Below, one piece after another: positions 50,835 through 59,545 of a stretch of DNA of 59,545 nt (position 1 is the stretch's first letter; every line of letters starts with the position of its first letter). The notes beneath the pieces are model-generated. The model was not told the origin of the DNA. It searched no databases and saw only the letters and a list, made by a program, of their open reading frames with translations. The position numbers were made by a program, and so were the translations under genes. The stretch is from Acanthaster planci (Eukaryota), in contig NW_019091360.1 in assembly GCF_001949145.1 (NCBI RefSeq), forward strand, positions 211,396-270,940, read 5' to 3'.

Positions 50835-52920
50835 CTATAAAGGAAAGTGAAAAGACTGAATTACTTGAAAAACTCTCTCAACATCTGACTTTTAGAATAA
50901 TTCACATAAGTCTGAATTTTTGCATTATTGACTCCAAATCTGAATTCTCAAGTTATTCATTCGATCAAAGACTGAATTTTCTCGTTATTCACTCCCACTC
51001 TGAATTTCAATAGTCTGCCACTATAAGGCTGAATTAATTATGCTGGCAATATCGACTTTTTTGTGCTCTGTGTTGTGCCCAGTGATGTTGCTGATAGAAT
51101 ACCTAAATTGCTCAAAATACGTACTTTATTAAAAATCCATGACAAAGATCAATGCATGAACGTCATGGCTTAGAAAAATGGCTTATAACAATTGCTAATG
51201 TAGCTGAAATAGATTGTTTGTTTCCTTTTTTTGCATAACATAATTTTGATTTACTCCAAAATCAATCATCGTGCCTGCAGCATTGGCCGCCAGCTGCATG
51301 GTAACATGCTGAAGAAACACAGGGTTGAGACTTTTTGTGAATCAAACTCTGAAGAGGACATAATCATCACAATAAATGAATTTGTAACTCTGATTTCAAC
51401 TATAAGGTACGTGTCAGTCTTCCAAACAAGCTCGAAGTTTTAGTTGACATTTTCTTGAGTGCACCAGTAATATTTATAAGTATCAACGTTTTGCACAGAG
51501 GTAAAAACAGTGGTAAACGTTGTGTTTAAGTGATTTGAAATACATGTACGTGGAGGCAAGGTCGCATGTATACAAAGCTATGCTGGAGGTTAAGTCTCTG
51601 GCCAAGTGTTTGTATTAACTGCAACATTGTTGTTTCCACATGCTTGCCAAAAGCTGGACCCTCAACATACACTACAGACACTAGTGAAAGTTTACTTTGC
51701 TTGGCCACTACATTCCATTTATGTCAGGCTTGTTTACTACAAGCCTAATTGGAATCCTTGTGAGAAATTGGAGATTTCTTACATTCTTAAATACATATAT
51801 ACACTGCATCAAAAGAGGTTAGTTTTGTTCAGTTGATGAAAATCAGTGAAGTTTTAAGGGAAAACAAAGAATCAACTATTTTTCCCAAAAAATGGATTAA
51901 AAAAACAATAGATCGCAGATATCTTGACATTTCAATTGTTTTCCCAAAATAGGTGATTCCAGATGTTTCTAAGCAATACCGAACTGTGACGATAAAATGA
52001 AGTTTCACTCCTTGTCTAAGGAAGTCTGAATTTTCAAGTCATTAATTCAAGGTATTCACTCAAAGCATTCTGAATTTTCAGGCTTTCATTCAAGGCATTC
52101 ACTGAAAGTCTGAATTTTTGAGGAATTTGCTCACTGAAAGTCTGAATTTTTGGGGCATTCATTTGAAACTAGAAACTGGAATCCGTAAACTCAAAAGTGT
52201 AAACTAAAAACTGAAACTTGAAATGGGAAATTTGAAAAAATAAACAGTAACGCTCCCAGGATTCTGCAAAGCCCACACGGACACTCAAGTTGTCTATCAT
52301 TCAGAAATGACAGTGTCTTAGAGTAGAAATTAACAGCATCATTGTTCTTAGATATCAATCGTTCGTCACAATCATTTCTGAAACCATGAAATGAAACCAA
52401 GATGTATGATTGAGATTTTTCCTATGTTTTCTTTCCCAAACTATACATCCTATTTCTAACTATATGTATAAAGCCCTGCCTTGTGAATGGTTTCTCAGAC
52501 TTATTTTAGTAAAGAAGAATAAGAGAGATGTAATAGTCATAGTATTCCTGAACAAGTACTCCAGTTCTATCGTAACCTTCTTAGTTATTATTGAATAAAG
52601 TCACAATAACCACACTTGCAGCCGGTTTCACTTGTGGGTCTGCTGATATTTTTCTGTATTGCTTGAACAGTGTATCGCTTTGATAGCGGTGTCAATGCTG
52701 GCCTCCCAACACCCAGCAGATCTGAATTGGCACCATTTATCCAGCGGATCATCCAACTCCTCTATAGTTCATTCAGACTACACGTTATTGATTACTACAC
52801 ATCTTGTTGCTACCTTGTGCAGTGTCGCATTAAAACACAAGGCAGCTGTGTCTGCATAATGAAGAGGTCAAATGGGATTGCTGCAGGCCATTCATGGAAT
52901 GCACCAATTGCAAATCGACT

Positions 52921-53485
52921 NNNNNNNNNNNNNNNNNNNNNNNNNNNNNNNNNNNNNNNNNNNNNNNNNNNNNNNNNNNNNNNNNNNNNNNNNNNNNNNN
53001 NNNNNNNNNNNNNNNNNNNNNNNNNNNNNNNNNNNNNNNNNNNNNNNNNNNNNNNNNNNNNNNNNNNNNNNNNNNNNNNNNNNNNNNNNNNNNNNNNNNN
53101 NNNNNNNNNNNNNNNNNNNNNNNNNNNNNNNNNNNNNNNNNNNNNNNNNNNNNNNNNNNNNNNNNNNNNNNNNNNNNNNNNNNNNNNNNNNNNNNNNNNN
53201 NNNNNNNNNNNNNNNNNNNNNNNNNNNNNNNNNNNNNNNNNNNNNNNNNNNNNNNNNNNNNNNNNNNNNNNNNNNNNNNNNNNNNNNNNNNNNNNNNNNN
53301 NNNNNNNNNNNNNNNNNNNNNNNNNNNNNNNNNNNNNNNNNNNNNNNNNNNNNNNNNNNNNNNNNNNNNNNNNNNNNNNNNNNNNNNNNNNNNNNNNNNN
53401 NNNNNNNNNNNNNNNNNNNNNNNNNNNNNNNNNNNNNNNNNNNNNNNNNNNNNNNNNNNNNNNNNNNNNNNNNNNNNNNNNNNNN
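52921..53485. other. Assembly gap
   Basis: N run. Confidence 1.
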
Positions 53486-54590
53486 TTTCCTGGCCCAAAC
53501 AGACACCTCTTTTGGAAACAATCTCTGGGGGGTACTTTTTCTGCGCCTCGGCCTGGCGGAGAATTTTCCTTGAATTGGGACACTGCACCCTTAAGGCTAG
53601 CAGATTTTCATCACATGAGGCTACATTACAGAGGACACGACAAAAATTTCCAAAAGTTGTCCATAGGCAATCTTTGGAGAATCAGATTTTTCGACACACT
53701 TTTATTGATTTCTAATCAACTTACACTATTTATACCAACTTTATTCTTTTTGATAAAAATTACACAATCCGTTTTCGGTCAAAGTATGACCCTACTTTTA
53801 AAACCATGGTAATAGACTGCAACTCAAAATAACATTGACGAAAATCTCAGGTAATGTGACTTTTGGGACAAACATTCATGACCAAATTTATGTAAAATAA
53901 TGCGTGGGGCCAAGTACATGGGGGAAAATAATTGGTTCTTCAGTATTGCGTAGCACCATGATGTGAAAGAACACCCTCACACCTGGCCATATTCCAGTCT
54001 CATTGTAAATTTTAATGACATTTGATAATTGACAATTTATTAAGGAAACAGAGATGAGTTAGTGATTTTTTTAATTAAATTAATTCCACTGAATTTGTGT
54101 TTATCATGACAGGAACTGGATCGATTTAGAAAAAAAAAATTCACGTGCAAAAGGTTCTTGTAATGTTAGACAACAAAACTACAAACACAAAATAAATGTA
54201 CCTGCATGAAAAAGTGCACTCACACGTTATACTCGTGTTCATAGCCTTGCCGAGCGAGTAATAGCTACTAATTGTCTCAAAATATGTGTATTCCTATGAA
54301 TTTTTAAAACAGAAGCATTCTTCCTGGCTGCAGCACACTTTCAAGCAGACTTCACATACAATAACCTTCACTCAGCCACAACAACGCAAGGTTTACAATG
54401 CTGTGCTGCTAGTGCAGTGATTGCCTGAAGGGATAGTTCCAATTCCAATTGCGATACCCATAGTCTTTTTTCCAGTCATGTTTCATGTTCCACAAATTGG
54501 CATGTGGTCGAGAATAATGCTGACAGACCATTAGTGAATTTTGGCAAATTATCACGTCTTTTAAATCTTGTGATCGACAGCTCTTTTCAC

Positions 54591-55146
54591 ATTAACCACA
54601 TGCTGCCAGGGGACCCAGTTTTGGGCACATAGGCAAAACCAGGAAGCCTGAAACCGGAAAAAAGTGCTGGGCCTTGTAACAAAAGACTGTACTCAGCACA
54701 AAAGACTGAGCTGCTGGGAATTGCCAATATTTTTTCAGTTGTCAATATCAGACAAAATCCGTAACTGTTATGAAAGATTATACCACTGTTTGTAGCATTC
54801 AGTGCAAGCTGATTACCACCAGGGACAAAGCGCTCCAGCGCTCCAATGATGAGCGATACAATACCGCTGCACGCTAATCTGGCCACTATTGAAAAGACGC
54901 CAGCAGTGCACAGTGCCAGTTTCGGGAACAAGAAACTCACATAACACCGCACAATCTGGGTTCTTTTTACAAGGCTGCAGGCCTGGCTGAAATACTCAGG
55001 CATCAATATATGTTGTCTGTTAGATTAGAGTAGCCACCAGACAGTCCTTTGTGTGGGTGTAAATGTCCAGTAAATGAAGTTCTGATTTTTCGAAGATTTT
55101 TAAAAACAGAAAATCTTGAAAATCCCCTAGGTATACGTCATCCAAC
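54591..55146 (+). repeat. Dispersed ~550-bp repeat, copy 2 (partner at 21522-22070)
   Basis: Colinear with copy 1, with small indels. Confidence 0.85.
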
Positions 55147-55999
55147 TAAGCTTTGTGCTAGTACTGCCCATTTTTCTAAAACATCCAACTGTGACTGAGT
55201 TTTCCATGGACACTTGTCGAAGCTGTGTGTGTGTGCGGAGGGTATTGTATATGATGGGCACCGCGTTGTAGCTAAATTTGAAGTTGTTGGTTCCATTCCT
55301 TACTGACTCACACATGTGGCTGTGCCCTCAACAGCAACCAGCGCAGGATGGAAAATGATTGCGTGCGCTCAACCGTGTTTTAATTTTTTTATTTGATGAA
55401 GGTTGTTCGTCTTAAAAGTTCACAACATGATTATTTGAGGTAAATTATTTTTCATATTAGGGATGTTCAATGTAATTTTCTTCTAGGCCAAAGAGATGAA
55501 ATTGTGGAGTTGAAACAGATTCAAGCTCAGTTTACCCAACCAGGAATATAGAATTTAGGCCAACCAGGCTAGATTTCACACCAAAATATCATTTAAAATT
55601 TCAGTATTTTGGATTGTTTGCAATGATTCCAATATTCAGTTCTGTGCCTTGCCATTACCAAGAAAAAAAGCTTTACATTTTTGTGCCACTGGCCATGTCT
55701 AGAATATAAAGAAAAAATCATCATCTTGTTCCATGACCGCCTGACCCTCCACGAAGATAAAAAAATATGAGAACCATAGAATGAACTACAGTATGTGCAT
55801 CGCACCGGGGAAGGTTAAAGGGCGCTTACCCCCTCCCTTCCGTAAAAAATGAAATATAAATAAGGCGATGAAAAAAAAACAACGAAATGGAATACATCAA
55901 TTTGCCCTAGAAAACCGACCCCCTCTGTAAATTGTTTATCACTTTTTAACTGATAAGCACTCTGCTATCATAAAGTTAACACGTCTGCAACTTTTTGAA

Positions 56000-58800
56000 A
56001 ATCTATGATGCCATTTTTAAATAGGGAAGAGGGCACAAAAGTTTATCTGCATCGTCTCCAGTATGTAAGGAGATGGAGAGTGCAAATCAGGTACGGAAGG
56101 AAGGATCTGGTGAGGGAGTCTGATCCTTTGTCAGGAAGCCAATCAAAGAAATGAGAACACCACGCCTGTAGCTTGCTGCCTCCTCTGGAGATAAACATTG
56201 TAAGGAGAATGGCCAACCTGATGCTGCTGTGCATAAGGCAGGCATTATTTAGGGTTCAAAGGAATGACCAGAAAGCATCTACAGAACCTAGCTTAGGTCT
56301 TATGACCAGACCAATTTTCCAAAAAAGGGACACTGGCTGAACATGTCATGCAAAAGGTGATGGAATGTCATGCCGGTTGAACTGACTTGGAAACCAACAT
56401 GTATGAAAGCTAGGGCTGACCTGCAGATATGAGTTGTACAAACTCATACAAATAAAAGAAGTCCATAAGGAAGTCTGCTGTAGCATTCATAGGAGCATTA
56501 GCAGGAGCCAAAGCCTGATTGTCAAAGCACATAACAAAATATTAAAATCTGCTGTCACAAATTCAAAAGGTGGGCAGATGACATTCCATGCAGCCATGGC
56601 TGTAGCATCGCTAGAAAGTCCCGTCAAACAGAAAGAATGTTGGAAGTTGAGCATTGTTTGGAGAAGCAAAGAGACCCATGTAAGGCTGCTCTATCATCTG
56701 GAGGAGAGCACATCCGCCACTACATTATCGGATCATGCCATGTGGATTGTCTGCAGATCAACTGCATAATTCCTTGTCCTTTCTGTTGATGTGGCTTTGG
56801 TTGGCAGTGTGAAAGAAGAGGCAAGAAAGCTGCAAGAATACTCAAAGATGGAGATGACATCATCATTTAGAGCCCCTGGCATGACTGTAGTGAAGAATGG
56901 ATGAAAAGGAGAACTCTCTTTCCACATCCCAGGAATTTACCAGTGTTGTACTACTCGTACTCGGTACTCGTACTCGAGTACTACTCGAGTACTGTTTTCA
57001 GAGTACTTGTACTCGGGCATCCAAGTACTCATACTTGAACTACAGTTCTTGTACTTGGGCTACAAAATACTCAGAACTCGACATCCAAAAATTGTACTCG
57101 AGCATCAAAGTACTCGTACTCGATTAACAGTACTCGATAAAAAAATCCTTTAAGTTAACTTACCACGCACGGCCATTAAAATAAGGTACAAACATATCGA
57201 CTCCACTGACCCGATTTTCGATACGGTTCTGACAATGCACGTGTAGTGACCTTGACATTGCTAGCCAGATCACTTGTTCTTGTAGCCTTGCCATCTGCAT
57301 TCGGTGTTTCTTTTACACCGTGGCAGGTCTTAAGAGTCTCTAAATTAAGATAAAACTAATTTTGAATTAGAAGTACTTGTACTCATACTCGGAATTAGAA
57401 GTACTTGTACTCGGAATTAGAAGTACTTGTTCTTGTACTCGGAAGTGCAAGTACTTGTACTCAGAAACCAGTACTTGTACTTGGCTGGCAAAGTACTTGC
57501 CCTGTCTTTGTACTCGGAAGTCAAAGTACTCGGCAGTACTTGGTACTCAGAAAAAAGTACTCGACTACAACACTGGAATTTACCTCAAAAATAGGGAAAG
57601 AAATGTAATAGACAAAGACTTCCTTTAACGTCGATAAAATCAATGTCATCTTCAACCCAAAACAAGCTTAAATACTTGAACTGAAGTATGGCTGATAACA
57701 GCTATAGTTAAGAGCCAAGGGTGCCCCATAGATTGGCAGGTGGTTATTCAGGCTGGAGAGGACTTGGACATGTGCCAATTTCTAGCTACAGACTAGAATA
57801 TCTCCACGCATGAACAATTAAGCAGGAGTTTGGGAAAAATCTACGAGGAAGATTCCAGTCAGCATATGCTGAGTCATTTTAACAAGCCGTGACTGATGTC
57901 TTCCTTCTGGCGGAGCGGGTGACAGCAGGCCGAGCAGTTGAATCATGTCTCGCTGATGAAGCTGGAGTGGCAATTGGATGGAGTGAGGGTGCTAATGGTA
58001 TCAACTTTGTCCTCCTTGGAAAATAATGCTGGTCACGCGGTCGGGAACAGGGCAGTGCCTCGTCCCGAGCCATGTGCAGTCCCATGGGGAGTGGCCTGCT
58101 CCCTCGGGAGAATGTCCGGCTGGTATAATTCTGGTGTGGAACCCTTCCCAGTGTCATCATGGCTCGCAGCTGAAGAGAGCAGAAGGGGCTGGTCAGCCAG
58201 AAACGGGTCCCGGACGGTGGAGGCTGGTGGCAATTTAACACCAAGGCGGCAAGTGATGGTGGTCTGAACTTCACTGATGGACTGGAAGGGTGGCATCCAA
58301 GCTGCAGCGGTATGTTTGTGGTGGTAAAAGCAGTGCTTCTTTTTAGGTTTCAAGGAATTTGATGAAGAAGAAGAGCACTTGTGCTTGCCTTTACCAGAGA
58401 CATGGTCTTCTTGGCTGATGTCGAATGGCAGGTGGTAGTCTTTTGTGTCACTGGGGGACTGCTGGTTGGAAGGCCACATGTATTCCTCTGGGTAATGTTG
58501 GTGAAGGGCATGGCGTACTTCATGATGATGGTAGGACAGGCCCAAGAGACGTCTGATAGGGTACCGTCTCTGGAGTTCTGGCAGGCTCGCCAGGCCAGCA
58601 ATTGACCACGGAGACAGGGTCCTTGCAAGATGGGGGGGGCAAACGAACCAGGGGCCTGGCCAGATTCTGGATGGAACCCCCTGGATGAGGGTAAGGCCTT
58701 TTTCTCGTCCTGGTAGCCAGAGAAGACAGGGGAATATGACAGATCCTGACAGTGACCCCCCTGAATTCAACTGGCTAAGGTATGTAATTAAAGGGTAGAC
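56000..58800 (-). mobile_element. Highly decayed third YR-retrotransposon (Ngaro-like) remnant, split by a hAT MITE
   Basis: In minus-strand order: gag-like RRYP..LSYHHHEVRHAL and KKKHCFYHHKH, RT-like GDILVCS and TCQSMG, RNase H end DLQTIHMA*SDNVVADVLS. Motifs are weak. Confidence 0.4.
56941..57575. mobile_element. Non-autonomous hAT element (635 bp)
   Basis: TIR CAGTGTTGTA / TACAACACTG, perfect 8-bp TSD GAATTTAC (56933-56940 and 57576-57583), subterminal GTACT(C/T)G arrays at both ends. Confidence 0.93.
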
Positions 58801-59330
58801 ACAGGTAAAGCTGGAATGAACCTCGAAATATCGTCGGTACTCAATCTGCAGGGTGCACATACAAGAAAAATAGAGAAGAAAAGAACACAAAATATACACC
58901 AGAAAAACACTCTGACCACACAAATTGTGAAAATTATGGGCAAAAATATTACGGGGGAAAAGAGCATTTGACAGCCATACATGGCAAAAAGGGTGTAGGG
59001 CAATTCCATGGTTAGTCATGTTACGTTTTTCATGTACTTTTGAATTTCTTTGGGCTGTAATTATTTTCCAGTAAATGGTCAGTTATTGTTAACTCCATAG
59101 TATCTAGGGCATACCTAGGCCTACCTAATAACCAAAGATAACAATATAAAAAAAGCATTAACCACTTCGTGCCGGGGGCTCCGGTAACGGAGCCATAGGC
59201 CTTATATTTGGGGCCGGGGACTCCGAGATCAGAACTTTACTATAAAAAAAAAAGTTGCTGGGCGTTTCTTAAAAAGTTTGGGGCTGTCAGTTATAAAGTT
59301 TAGGCCATCATCAGCCGGTGAATTGTGACT

Positions 59331-59410
59331 TTTTTATAGCCGGGGTGACCGAACTTCTTTTATAGCCGGGGTGACCGAGCTTATTTTATAGCCGGGGTGA
59401 CCGAACTTAT
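59331..59410. repeat. 3 x 26-bp tandem repeat (TTTTATAGCCGGGGTGACCGAACTT core)
   Basis: TATAGC at 59335, 59361 and 59387. Confidence 0.85.
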
Positions 59411-59545
59411 CAAAGCCTTGAATAAAAGTACGAGCTCATGAGAGCTGCTGGGCCCTGCCAATCAATCCCTGTATTCTTTCAGCGCAGAGCGCTGCAATTA
59501 GCGGAGGTAATCCGTGTATTGTTTAGCAGAGCGCATTTGTTCGCA

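Noticed and set aside
49256..53812. Long ORFs containing X runs
   Set aside because: Artefacts of translating assembly gaps.
58033..59019. 328-aa minus-strand ORF as a host gene
   Set aside because: No coherent domain; it looks like a chance open frame through decayed gag-like sequence and its T-rich leader.
59159..59545. piggyBac-like left end (TTAA|CCACTTC)
   Set aside because: No partner TIR inside the window.

Overview
Repeat-rich animal genomic DNA, probably from a marine invertebrate (AT-rich, frequent TACATGTA; taxon not determinable here), with two assembly gaps. The only host gene recognised is CFAP65 on the minus strand: two phase-compatible exons (50635-50834 and 24587-24732) joined by a ~25.9 kb intron, so most or all of the window is probably intronic. 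The rest is decayed mobile DNA: two clear Ngaro-type tyrosine-recombinase retrotransposons (gag-RT-RNaseH-YR-SGNH) plus a possible third, a DIRS1-type element with a methyltransferase-like domain, a Tigger/pogo transposase, an L2/CR1 LINE, hAT and piggyBac MITEs, a Penelope-type hammerhead ribozyme, and a Helitron-like composite repeat family. Two observations stand out. (1) Both Ngaro copies have a phase-1 GTGAGT donor inside gag and a phase-1 acceptor just before an ATG-less SGNH hydrolase, predicting a spliced Gag-N/SGNH fusion. (2) The left edge holds a compact, intronless, virus-like cassette (DUF2738/NCLDV-SSB-like pseudogene, CxxC-repeat gene, kappaB-type motifs upstream) next to Helitron-like repeats and a hairpin-CTAG terminus. 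All family assignments come from motif recognition by eye, not database searches.
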